NCBI GenBank assembly: GCA_965221905.1
Contig: OZ244922.1
Location: forward strand, 768,001-832,000
DNA length: 64,000 nt
Reading direction: 5' to 3'
From: Chloroflexota bacterium
Lineage (GTDB): Bacteria > Chloroflexota > UBA11872 > VXOZ01
Each line of letters opens with the position of its first letter. Position 1 is the first letter of the stretch. A program made the translations under genes and the position numbers. Below, piece after piece: positions 19,296-28,376 of this stretch. The notes beneath the pieces are model-generated. The model was not told the DNA's origin. It made no database searches and worked only from the letters and a program-made list of their open reading frames with translations.

Positions 19296-20492
19296 CTAGT
19301 ATTGAATTGGCACTAAGGCACCGCCATTGCTCGCCGACTCGAGCACCGCGTCGCAGATTACGGCAGCCCGGTAGCCGTCCTCAAAGTCAGCACCGTAGGG
19401 CGCGACCTCTGTGTCGTTCACGATGGCGTCCAGCAGGTGGGTGAACTCGTGGACGAAGGTATGCTCCCAGCCGATGATATGGCCGTGGGGCCACCAGTAC
19501 TTCCAGAAGGGGTGGTCGGCCTCGGTGACCAGCACCCGGCGGAAGCCCTGGGCATGGCCGCCCGGTTCGCTGTCGCTCAGATGGACTTCAAGCTCGTTCA
19601 GACGCTCCAGATCGAAGACGATGCTTCCCTTGGAACCGTTGATCTCGATGCGCTGGTGGTTCTTACGCCCATTGCCATAGCGGCTGGCCTCCAGGGTGCC
19701 GATTGCGCCGTTCGCGAATTGCACTAGCGAAACGAACGCATCGTCCACGTCCACAGTGTCCCGTCCGCCGTCGTCGGTGGGACGCTCTTTGATGAAGGTT
19801 TGCGTGAGACCTGAAATTGCCGTTGGCTCGCCGACGAGGAAGCGCGCGAGATCGATGATGTGGGCGCCCAGGTCGCCGAGCGCGCCGCTGCCCGCGATGT
19901 CCTTCTTCAAGCGCCAGACCATGGGAAATTGCGGGTCCATGATCCATTCTTGCAGGTAGACGGCCCGGAAGTGGTAAATCTGCCCCAATTCGCCTCTCTC
20001 GATCATTTCGCGCGCCAGCCGCAAGGCCGGTACAAAACGGTAGTTGAAGGCGCAGGCGTGCTTGACGCCGGCTTTCTGAACAGCCTCCAGCATGCTCTTG
20101 GACTCTTGGGCCGTGCGCGCCAGCGGCTTCTCGCAGATGATGTGCTTGCCGGCCTCGGCAGCGGCGATGCAGGGCTCGGCGTGGGTGTCGTTCGGCCCGC
20201 CGTTGTCGAATAGCTGGATGGCGTCGTCCTTTATGAGGTCGCGCCAGTCGGTGCAATAGCGCTGGAAGCCATAGCGCGTCGCGGCATCCCGCACCGCAGC
20301 CTCGTTGCGTCCGCAGATCGATACGAGCGCGGGCACGGCCGGCAGCGGGTCCACCATATAAGGAATCTTGCGCAGGGCGTTGCTATGGGCCTTGCCCATG
20401 AAGGCATAGCCCAGCATCCCCACGCCAATCACCGGTACGTCCTTCCGTCCGGACGACTGCCCCATGGTGACGAAACCAACGTCTTCAGACAT
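19296..20492 (-). CDS. Gfo/Idh/MocA oxidoreductase, levoglucosan-dehydrogenase-like clade
   Basis: G.FMGKAHS, GKHIICEKPLART, AFNYR, YLQEW, AGSGALGD, VDVDD. Confidence 0.88.
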   Translation of the reverse strand: MSEDVGFVTMGQSSGRKDVPVIGVGMLGYAFMGKAHSNALRKIPYMVDPLPAVPALVSICGRNEAAVRDAATRYGFQRYCTDWRDLIKDDAIQLFDNGGPNDTHAEPCIAAAEAGKHIICEKPLARTAQESKSMLEAVQKAGVKHACAFNYRFVPALRLAREMIERGELGQIYHFRAVYLQEWIMDPQFPMVWRLKKDIAGSGALGDLGAHIIDLARFLVGEPTAISGLTQTFIKERPTDDGGRDTVDVDDAFVSLVQFANGAIGTLEASRYGNGRKNHQRIEINGSKGSIVFDLERLNELEVHLSDSEPGGHAQGFRRVLVTEADHPFWKYWWPHGHIIGWEHTFVHEFTHLLDAIVNDTEVAPYGADFEDGYRAAVICDAVLESASNGGALVPIQY

Positions 20493-20588
20493 AGCATTCC
20501 TCCATCTTTGCTCGTAGGTAGTTGAGGTAATGGTGACTCTAAGGGAGCCTGTTCGTCAATGGTGCGGCGAACAAGCGGTACTGGGACC

Positions 20589-20743
20589 GTCATTCCGGCG
20601 AAATGCCTGCCCTGTACGCGATACGGGGCCAGAATCCATCCATGATACTCGCGGTTAGTAGCGTAGCGCGGGGGACAAGCCCCCGCGCTACGGTGCAGAT
20701 TAGTAGCAGAACAGCTCGTCATTGCCGCGTATGCGGGAATCCA
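20589..20743. repeat. Composite REP cluster (family C GTCATTCCGG..GGAATC, GTAC.CGATACGGGG element, complete family B copy)
   Basis: Family C also at 53-77, 10739-10763, 28248-28273, 34126-34150. Confidence 0.75.
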
Positions 20744-20868
20744 ACTTCTGTGTTTAGCGGGATTCTTGCTTCAACCGAGGAGTCGAAGACCCACGCTGCC
20801 CTGTAGCGAGGAACGGTTTGCCAGGTACTCGGGAGTTCATTAGTGCAATCACCAGCAGATTGGTTACC

Positions 20869-21843
20869 CTATTCAGAAAACGACGCGAGCACGGCGTCCC
20901 AGGCTACCTCGGAAGCGAGCACACCGAGTACGTACTCATTCAGGCCTTGGTCGTATGCTAATTCGTTCGTGGTTACGGCGTAGAGCACGTCACCGTCGGA
21001 AATGGTGTGCAGCGGCTCGATGGCGCGCGCCATTGACGTATGCACGTGGCGGGCGAGTTGACGGAGCGACCATCCGCCCAGGATTTGGTTCGTGACCACC
21101 ACCGTGAGCGTTGTATTGCCATGCGGTGGCGGCAGTCCGGCGTCGGCCACCCGCGGGCGCTCGCCGGTACGCGGGTCCAGCGAGCCGCGCACCACGCGTC
21201 CCTGACGGTCTACGATGGCGCCGACGGCATTCACCACTGTGAAGACGGCAACTTTCACACCCTTGACTTCACGAAACGCGCCGCCTTGACCGGCGTGCTC
21301 GCTGCGGAAGGGCTTCTGCAGCCACTTGCCTACCGTCGCCGAGCGGCCCGCGCCGCGCGCACCGAGCGGAAATACCCCCGGTTGTGCCGCCGCGAGCGCC
21401 GCGCGGCCGAGGGCTTTATCGGGGTAGACTGCGTTATCACGCGGGCCGAAGTCATAGATGATCGCGCCGGAGACCAGGGCGATGTTGCCCCAATGGGGAG
21501 AATAGTTGTGCCGGGCGAGCAGTCCAGCGGCCACGCCTGTGGCTGCTTCCAGACCGTAGAACGAGCCGCCGGCCAGGCAGATAGCGTCCAGCTTGCCCTC
21601 CCCGTTTTGCAGCGCCTCAGTATACAGTGTCGCATGTGCCCCGCCGCGAATGTCCACGGCAGCCACGGCCCCATGGTCGAAGTCAAAGACCGTGCAGCCT
21701 GTCGGGCCGGCCTCATACTCGGCAACGCCGATTGCCAGGCGGGGAAAGTCGAACGTGAGCGTCGGACCGCTAAACTCGGTCTGCGGCACGAGCGCAAGGG
21801 AGTCGTTTGAGAGCAGGGGCTGTTTGGTGTCTTGGTCTGACAT
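20869..21843 (-). CDS. nylC: NylC-like Ntn hydrolase (peptidase family S58/P1, 6-aminohexanoate oligomer endohydrolase homologue)
   Basis: FDFP, GPTG, AICLAGG.YGLEA, IYDF, AVYPDKALGRAAL, autocleavage GN/TT, HT..DGD, ASEV.WDAVL. Confidence 0.82.
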   Translation of the reverse strand: MSDQDTKQPLLSNDSLALVPQTEFSGPTLTFDFPRLAIGVAEYEAGPTGCTVFDFDHGAVAAVDIRGGAHATLYTEALQNGEGKLDAICLAGGSFYGLEAATGVAAGLLARHNYSPHWGNIALVSGAIIYDFGPRDNAVYPDKALGRAALAAAQPGVFPLGARGAGRSATVGKWLQKPFRSEHAGQGGAFREVKGVKVAVFTVVNAVGAIVDRQGRVVRGSLDPRTGERPRVADAGLPPPHGNTTLTVVVTNQILGGWSLRQLARHVHTSMARAIEPLHTISDGDVLYAVTTNELAYDQGLNEYVLGVLASEVAWDAVLASFSE

Positions 21844-22085
21844 GCACTTTCCTCTTACAGGCACTAATTCGCTCTAGGTGAATGGTAAATCAATGAAGGG
21901 AATCTAAAGAACGGGCAGGGCGAAGGGCGTGGACAACTCGTGTCCCGGAGCACCGCGCCTGGAGTGCAAAAAAAGTGAGGTGCTCCCAGGGATCAGTATC
22001 ATTACGGCATCGAAGGATCTCCACAAGAGCATCATAGCACCCAGCGCGTTCAGCAGGGCTCTGCGAGCGCAGGCCGATCCATTCC

Positions 22086-23672
22086 TTAACTGTTAGGGTC
22101 TTTGATTGCAAGCTGCCGTACGATCTGCTGCATGGCGTCGCCGTAGCGCTGCTGGGAGAATGCCTTGCTCCGCTCTTGTGCCGCCGCGCTGAGGCGCGCG
22201 CGTCGTTCGGGATGTTCTATGAGCTGCTGGGTGGCGGCGACGAGTTCGGCAACTGTATCCCAGAGAATGCCGTTTTCGCCTGGCGTTATGACTTCGCCTA
22301 CCCCGCCCTTGCCGACTGCCAGCGGCACCGCGCCGGCGGCCATCGCCTCGACGACGCTGATGCCAAAGTGCTCCACACGCAGCGGCTCTTTCTCCTCGTT
22401 CACGCCGAAACCGGCCGCATGCCAGTAGAGGCTTGCCTGAGCGGATAGATTCTGGAGTGTGGCGAAGTCCGCGTTGGCGTGAAGGGTCACGGGTAGGTCC
22501 TGAGCCATTTTCTGAACTTGGGCGAAGAAAGCGCGGTCTGCCGGTTTCTCACCGACGGTACCGACGAGGTGAAGTTCCCAGTTCTGCACCCCACTGGCGA
22601 CCAACGTGCGAAAGGCATCTATGAGCACGTCTTGGCGCTTGCAATGCTCGCCGACAAAGAAACGTCCGGTGGAGAGGATGATGGGATGCTTGACGCCGGG
22701 TGCGAAGCTCGTGGTGTCAACGGGCGGATAGAGGAACTCGCTCTCCGCGTCCCAGAAGCGCCGGAGCCACGAGGCTGTAAAGGCTGAATTGGCGAGTATG
22801 AGGTCGTAGGTGTCTAGGTAGTCCATCTCGGTTTCTTGCAGTATCGTCCGTGCCCGTAACATCAGCCGGGGCAGATTGCGCTCGAACAGGCGCCTGAAGA
22901 AGCGGCTGAGGGTAGTGCCTGCGGTAACTTGGCTGATGGCGATACCGAGCGGGCGGCGCTCTTCCGGTGTGGAGGGATCAGGCTCCACAACATCGCTTTC
23001 GACATCGATGGTCACGCGTTCGGCCTGGCTCAATTCGGATGGGACCCGTAGTGTGAGCAGGCGGAAATTGCCTGCAGACGGCGCCACATCAACACTTGCG
23101 ATCTCTGTGCCCTGCGTGGCAAAGCGGGCGCGAAGCGGAACCGTTCCGACAAAGTTACCAACCGCAAATTGCACGGTTACACCACGCCTGCCTCCGGGCA
23201 CGGAGAACCCGGCGCGGCGGCCCATGGAACGGTACCAGCCAACGTCTACCAACTCCATACCGTAGAATCCGTACTCATAACGCACCCGGCCCAGGCGAGC
23301 CGCGCACCATTGGACGAGATGTTGCGTTAGCTTCGCACACGGGGAAAGGTCGCGCGGGAGCGGAAAGTAGATGAAGAGGATGCTGGCGGGCGCGCGGCTC
23401 GGGATGTTGTCCATGTGCGAGCCGTTGATGAAGAGGTCGTACTCCGCAGTAAGCGCTTCAAGTTCTGAGTAGGGGAGGTCTGGGATTACGCGCAGCCCAA
23501 CGTCCGAGAGATCGAGGTCAAAACGCTGGGCGACTGCTGAAAGGTCTGTAGGATTGGTAGTGATGAACGTAACGTCGTGGCCGTCGGCGGCGAGCGCCTG
23601 CGCGGCGGACCCCGTTTGCCGCTCGCCACCGCCCTGCGTCTGCAGCCATCGGTTGAAGATACCTATACGCAT
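22086..23672 (-). CDS. GT4 family glycosyltransferase with an internal insertion domain
   Basis: GGGER, ANS.FT, LYPPVD, GRFF...KRQD, EHFGISVVEAMAAG; ATG 23672 chosen because the longer ORF overlaps thiO. Confidence 0.85.
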   Translation of the reverse strand: MRIGIFNRWLQTQGGGERQTGSAAQALAADGHDVTFITTNPTDLSAVAQRFDLDLSDVGLRVIPDLPYSELEALTAEYDLFINGSHMDNIPSRAPASILFIYFPLPRDLSPCAKLTQHLVQWCAARLGRVRYEYGFYGMELVDVGWYRSMGRRAGFSVPGGRRGVTVQFAVGNFVGTVPLRARFATQGTEIASVDVAPSAGNFRLLTLRVPSELSQAERVTIDVESDVVEPDPSTPEERRPLGIAISQVTAGTTLSRFFRRLFERNLPRLMLRARTILQETEMDYLDTYDLILANSAFTASWLRRFWDAESEFLYPPVDTTSFAPGVKHPIILSTGRFFVGEHCKRQDVLIDAFRTLVASGVQNWELHLVGTVGEKPADRAFFAQVQKMAQDLPVTLHANADFATLQNLSAQASLYWHAAGFGVNEEKEPLRVEHFGISVVEAMAAGAVPLAVGKGGVGEVITPGENGILWDTVAELVAATQQLIEHPERRARLSAAAQERSKAFSQQRYGDAMQQIVRQLAIKDPNS

Positions 23673-23754
23673 AGCAAGGTTAACTCTTACCCACGTGGAT
23701 GCCTGAATATTAGACTTTGGAGCGATTCTAGCGTAAAGGTGCGCAGAGCGCCGC

Positions 23755-24864
23755 TCACTGTGTATCGAAGCGGTCGGGAGAAAACGGCCGCAGCGGCGCG
23801 AGGTCGCCGCCACGAATGGCGTTGCACATGAGCTGAGCAGTAATCGGGGTGAGCAGGATGCCGTTGCGGTGGTGGCCGGCGGCGACCCACAGTCCCGGCC
23901 GGTGCGCGACCGGCCCCAGCAGCGGCAAGCCGTCGGCGGGCGTGGGGCGCAGGCCCACGCCGAAATGATGTACCCGCGCGTCGGCCAAATTAGGCGCGAG
24001 CTTGTGCAGCACCTTGACGAGAAAGGCCACGCCTCCGGGCGTATTCTCGCGCTCGAACCCCGCGTCCTCTTCCGTAGCGCCAACGACAATGCGCCCGTCC
24101 TGCTTTGGCGCCAGGTAGCCGCCTGCGCCGAAGGCGACGCGCTGCAGCGGACGGTTGTAGGTCTCCAGCACCATCACTTGGCCCCGGGTTGGTTTCAACG
24201 GCAGCGCAATGCCGAGGTGATCTCCGAGCAGGCGGCTCCACGCTCCGGCGGCAATCACAACGTGGTCGGCGTGCACGGACCCGGCAGCAGTCTGCACCCC
24301 GGTAACACGTTCACCGGCGGTGATGAAGCCATGCACGGGGGTGTACTCGTGTATTGTCACACCCTGGGCGACGGCTGCCAGCGTCAGCACGTGCATGAGT
24401 TGCGGCGCGTACACGTGGGCGTCGTCTTTAAAGAGTACGGCGCCGCGGGCGATTGTGTTGAGCAGCGGCTCTTCCCGGCGCAACGCCTCGGCATCGAGCC
24501 AGGCGACGTGCTGACCTCGCTCGGCAAGTGCTTTAGCCCGCCTGGAGTGAAAGTCCGCTTGCTTCCCACCGAACACGACGGTGAGCGCGCCGGAACGCGT
24601 GTAGGTGGCGTCCAGGCCGGTGGCGGCTTCGAGCTCAGCCGTGAAGTCCGGATAGAGTCGGGCCGACTGCACGGAGAGATTGAGGACGTGATCGCCGCGG
24701 TCTCCCTCTACGCCGGATCCCAGTATGCCGGCGGCAGCGATACGGGCCTGGCCGCCCACGCGTTCCTTCTCGAATGCGGCTACCCGCACACCGGACTTTG
24801 CCAGCGTGTAGGCAATGGCGCAGCCGATGATCCCGCCGCCAATGATGGCTACCTCAGTTGTCAT
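23755..24864 (-). CDS. thiO: Glycine oxidase
   Basis: IIGGGIIG FAD motif, AAGIL, AAGAWS, RGQ, GLRP, GHHRNGILL; thi operon context. Confidence 0.92.
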   Translation of the reverse strand: MTTEVAIIGGGIIGCAIAYTLAKSGVRVAAFEKERVGGQARIAAAGILGSGVEGDRGDHVLNLSVQSARLYPDFTAELEAATGLDATYTRSGALTVVFGGKQADFHSRRAKALAERGQHVAWLDAEALRREEPLLNTIARGAVLFKDDAHVYAPQLMHVLTLAAVAQGVTIHEYTPVHGFITAGERVTGVQTAAGSVHADHVVIAAGAWSRLLGDHLGIALPLKPTRGQVMVLETYNRPLQRVAFGAGGYLAPKQDGRIVVGATEEDAGFERENTPGGVAFLVKVLHKLAPNLADARVHHFGVGLRPTPADGLPLLGPVAHRPGLWVAAGHHRNGILLTPITAQLMCNAIRGGDLAPLRPFSPDRFDTQ

Positions 24865-25235
24865 GGGTGAAGTTCATTCGGTTTCTTTCGCTTCGGACGT
24901 TTGGATGATTCGTGTTCGCCCGTATTGACGCCATTGGGAGCAGTAACGTCGGAAGGTATTTCATCATCCTGCTGACTGCTGCCGCCGCCAACCATGCGGA
25001 CGATCTCTACCACATCGCCCTCTTGCAGGAAAACCTGCCGGTGCTCGTTGCGGCGGACTACCTCTTGGTTCACGGCAACGGCGATGAACCGCGTTGGCAC
25101 GTCGTTCTCCTCAAGAAAGGCAGACAGCGCCGTGCCTGAGGGTAATCGGCGTTCTTCCCCGTTTACGGTTATGCGGATGCCTTCCGCTGGTGCTTGAATG
25201 TGCGCAGGCGGGGTGGCCTCTTCTTCCCTCGTCAT
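24861..25235 (-). CDS. thiS: Sulfur carrier ThiS with N-terminal and 39-aa C-terminal extensions
   Basis: ITVNGE..., AVAVNQEVV, L.EGD.VEIVRMVGGG, then no stop until 24861. Confidence 0.88.
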   Translation of the reverse strand: MTREEEATPPAHIQAPAEGIRITVNGEERRLPSGTALSAFLEENDVPTRFIAVAVNQEVVRRNEHRQVFLQEGDVVEIVRMVGGGSSQQDDEIPSDVTAPNGVNTGEHESSKRPKRKKPNELHP

Positions 25236-25948
25236 GAGGATTGCACCTGTCGCTGTCCGGTAAGCGCCTCGATCAGGTGGCGAGCGGCCGCAGAGGTGTC
25301 GGTTGCCCGGAGCAGTGCGCCAATCACGGCCACGCCGTGCGCGCCCGCTGCCATCACTGCCGGCGCGTTCTGCGCCGTAATGCCACCGACGCCGATGACG
25401 GGGATGTCAATTTCCGCCTTTACGTCGCGCACCAATTGTGGCCCCGCGGGAGTGCATCCCGGCTTGGAGTCCGTCGCATAGATCGTCCCAACTTGCACAA
25501 AGTCTGCACCTTGGAGCTCGCTGAGCGCGGCGACCCTGACGCTGTGCGCCGAACACCCCAGCAGCATGTGCTCTCCCAGCAATTGCCGGGCAGACTCAAT
25601 CGGCAGGCCGTTTTCAGGCAGGTGCGCCCCGTCTGCGCCCACGGCGAGGGCGACGTCCACGCGGTCATTGACGATCAGAAGCGCGCGGCCTTGAGTGACC
25701 CGCCGGAGATAAAACGCCAGCGCGAAGAGGTCTCCGGCAGGCAGTCCTTTTTCCCGTAACTGTACGACGTTCACTCCGCCTGCAATGCCCGCACGCACCC
25801 GTTCTACGAGCATCCTCGTAGACTCGATTTTCGCTATCTCAAGGCTGCTAAGACCCCTGAGCTCCGGCACGTGTGCCGCCGCGCTAAGGTCCGGCGCGTC
25901 GAGGCGCGTGATGAGCGTGAGACAGGGGTATGGCAATTGGGGTTTCAT
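25232..25948 (-). CDS. thiE: Thiamine phosphate synthase
   Basis: VQLREK, IVNDRVDVA, DGAHL, G.SAH, T.SKPG, GVGGI. Confidence 0.92.
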   Translation of the reverse strand: MKPQLPYPCLTLITRLDAPDLSAAAHVPELRGLSSLEIAKIESTRMLVERVRAGIAGGVNVVQLREKGLPAGDLFALAFYLRRVTQGRALLIVNDRVDVALAVGADGAHLPENGLPIESARQLLGEHMLLGCSAHSVRVAALSELQGADFVQVGTIYATDSKPGCTPAGPQLVRDVKAEIDIPVIGVGGITAQNAPAVMAAGAHGVAVIGALLRATDTSAAARHLIEALTGQRQVQSS

Positions 25949-25967
25949 GCGGCGTGAACGAGTCGCG

Positions 25968-26744
25968 CTAGGCGTGGACGACTCCAGCTACAGGACTGCT
26001 GGGCGTGGCGAATTTCTGCTGCGCGATGCGCCCGGCAAGGTAGGCTTTGCGGCCGGCTTCTACACCGAGGCGGAAGCCTTCCGCCATGAGCACCGGGTCT
26101 TCTGCACGCGCAATCGCCGTATTGATGAGCACGGCGTCCGCGCCAATTTCAAGCGATAGTGAAGCTTCGGACGGCACACCGATCCCGGCGTCCACGACGA
26201 CGGGTACGCTCGCCTGCTCGACGATCAGTTCGATCTCTTCCCGCGTAAAGATGCCTTGGCCGGAGCCGATGGGCGAGCCGAGCGGCATTACGGTGGCACA
26301 GCCCACGTCTTCCAAGCGCCGCGCCAGGATGGGGTCGGCGTGGATATACGGCAGCACGACAAAGCCGTCTTTGACAAGCGCCTCGGCGGCATGGAGCGTA
26401 TCCACCGGGTCCGGCAGCAGCGAATCCGGGTCCGGCTGCACTTCGAGCTTTACCCAGTCCGATCCGGTCAGTTCGCGTGCCAGCTTGGCCGTAACGACGG
26501 CCTCGTCCGCGGTGCGCGCGCCGGCCGTATTCGGCAGAATAGTGTAGCGCTCCCAATCGATGTGGTCGAGGATCGTCTTTTGCGTCGGATTGCTGAGGTC
26601 GAGGCGCCGTATCGCCACCGTGATGATCTCGGCGCCCGACGCCTCGATTGCTTGAATCATCTCCTCAGGCGTGCGGTACTTGCCCGTGCCGATCATCAGC
26701 CGCGACGTGAATTGCTTTCCCGCTATCTCAAGCGCGTCTGTCAT
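25968..26744 (-). CDS. thiG: Thiazole synthase
   Basis: [39 protein letters not shown]. Confidence 0.97.
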   Translation of the reverse strand: MTDALEIAGKQFTSRLMIGTGKYRTPEEMIQAIEASGAEIITVAIRRLDLSNPTQKTILDHIDWERYTILPNTAGARTADEAVVTAKLARELTGSDWVKLEVQPDPDSLLPDPVDTLHAAEALVKDGFVVLPYIHADPILARRLEDVGCATVMPLGSPIGSGQGIFTREEIELIVEQASVPVVVDAGIGVPSEASLSLEIGADAVLINTAIARAEDPVLMAEGFRLGVEAGRKAYLAGRIAQQKFATPSSPVAGVVHA

Positions 26745-26817
26745 TGTCGTTCCTTTTCCACATGGTGCGGGTAGATTAGAAGGAGACTGCCTGCCTCTCG
26801 CGCCCTCTCTTCCCCGC

Positions 26818-26856
26818 AAAATACAAAAACCGCTTCACAGTGAGGAGAGCGGTTTG
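26818..26856 (-). terminator. Intrinsic terminator of the riboswitch expression platform
   Basis: Minus strand AAACCGCT-loop-AGCGGTTT followed by TTGTATTTT. Confidence 0.8.
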
Positions 26857-26876
26857 CGGCAATGTCTTCGTGTTCT

Positions 26877-26970
26877 GCCGCTTCCCTCCGCTGGGATGAT
26901 CCAGGTCAGGTTCCAAGGGTTGCCCCTGTCTGTGGCAGAGGGCTCTCAGCCATGCGGCTCCCCTAGCGGC
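26877..26970 (-). ncRNA. TPP riboswitch
   Basis: Minus strand GCCGCTAGGGGAGCC..GGCTGAGAG..ACCCTTGGAACCTGA..TGGATCATCCCAGCGGAGGGAAGCGGC upstream of thiG. Confidence 0.95.
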
Positions 26971-27180
26971 CCTAGTGGCGGAATACGGTATGCGCCAGTA
27001 AGACGGTTCCAGTATACCATGCGGTGCAGGCGGACTGGGAGTGCGTATAGAATGAAACGACGAAGTGCGAAGGAAGTGACCGGTGGCGCATGTTGCGTTG
27101 ATTGCGCACCTGCCGCATTGTTCGTACTCCAGCGTTGGTTGTGGCGCGGGATATGGACTAACAAGAGAGGAGCGGTGTAT

Positions 27181-28176
27181 ATGGATATGGTGAACATCGG
27201 TCTTGCGGGCACAGGAGGCATAGCGCAATCGCACGCGCGCGGGTTGGCATCCGTTCCCCAGGCGCGGATTGTGGCCGCGGCAGACGTGGATGAAGCAGCC
27301 GTGCACGCATTCGCCGCTGCGCATGACGTGGCGCACGTCGATACTGACTACCGCGCCGTTCTGGACAACCCGGCGGTAGATGCGGTCATCATCTGTCTGC
27401 CCCATGCGCTGCACGGTGAGGCTGCCATGGCTGCGGCGCAGGCCGGCAAGCACGTGCTCTCCGAGAAGCCGCTGGGCGTATCCGTAGAAGAGTGCAGCGC
27501 CATCATCGCCGCCTGCCGGGAAGCCAACGTGAACCTGATGGTCGGTCACACCCATCGCTTCATGTTGGAGCACCTGCGGGCGCTGGAGTTGCTACGCGAG
27601 GGGGCGATCGGAGACGTGCTCCATATTCACGACTCCATCACTGGCGCTACCCGCCATAAGGATCTGGGCTGGCGGGGTGTGCGGGCGCTGGCCGGCGGCG
27701 GTGTGTTTATGGATAACGGCGTGCATAGCGCGGACCGGCTGCGCTGGTGGATCGGGTCGGAGGTGACGGCGGTCACCGCCAACATCGGCCACTACGGCGC
27801 GCGTACCGAGGGGGAGGATTTCGGTGTGGCGCACCTCGAATTTGCCAACGGCGCGAGTGCGACGATGGAAATCTCGTTGATTGCGGCACCCGCCATGGGC
27901 CGCTGCCGCGCCGAGGTGACGGGCTCAGCAGGGGCGATGGAGATCGCGACGTGGCGGCATCTCAAGGTGGCGGGTGCGGATGACCAGGAATGGGAAACAA
28001 TGACGTTCCCACGCGATCGCAGCCAGTTCGTGCGGGAGGACGGCGAGTTCGTGGCGAGCATCTTGGAACAACGCGCGCCGCTCGTCACCGGCGAGGACGG
28101 CAAACGGGCCGTGGCCATCGTGCAAGGCATCTATCAAGCGGCAGAGAGCGGCGAGCGGGTGTGCTTGCACGAATAG
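27181..28176 (+). CDS. Gfo/Idh/MocA oxidoreductase
   Basis: GTGGIA..H, GKHVLSEKP, GGG..MDNGVH; AGAGGAG SD before ATG 27181. Confidence 0.9.
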   Translation: MDMVNIGLAGTGGIAQSHARGLASVPQARIVAAADVDEAAVHAFAAAHDVAHVDTDYRAVLDNPAVDAVIICLPHALHGEAAMAAAQAGKHVLSEKPLGVSVEECSAIIAACREANVNLMVGHTHRFMLEHLRALELLREGAIGDVLHIHDSITGATRHKDLGWRGVRALAGGGVFMDNGVHSADRLRWWIGSEVTAVTANIGHYGARTEGEDFGVAHLEFANGASATMEISLIAAPAMGRCRAEVTGSAGAMEIATWRHLKVAGADDQEWETMTFPRDRSQFVREDGEFVASILEQRAPLVTGEDGKRAVAIVQGIYQAAESGERVCLHE

Positions 28177-28376
28177 GCCGTGTAGACATCAAATCTCTAC
28201 CCAGTGCCCGAGCGGGGACTAGCAGCAAAAGTCGGCACTCCCAGTCCGTCATTCCGGCGAAAGCCGGAATCCATCCTTGCCAGTTGCGCGAGAACTTTCT
28301 ACCCAAGGTTTTGTGAAGGCTGCTCGGTTGGCTGAGGAATCCCTTGCCTGTATGGCCGCAGGTTGTGCAACCCTCG

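Noticed and set aside
23673-24089. Long N-terminal extension of the GT4 ORF
   Set aside because: Overlaps thiO in another frame; the GT4 motif starts at Met 23672
26671-27180. N-terminal extension of the 501-aa oxidoreductase ORF
   Set aside because: Runs antisense over thiG and the TPP riboswitch; a good SD precedes ATG 27181
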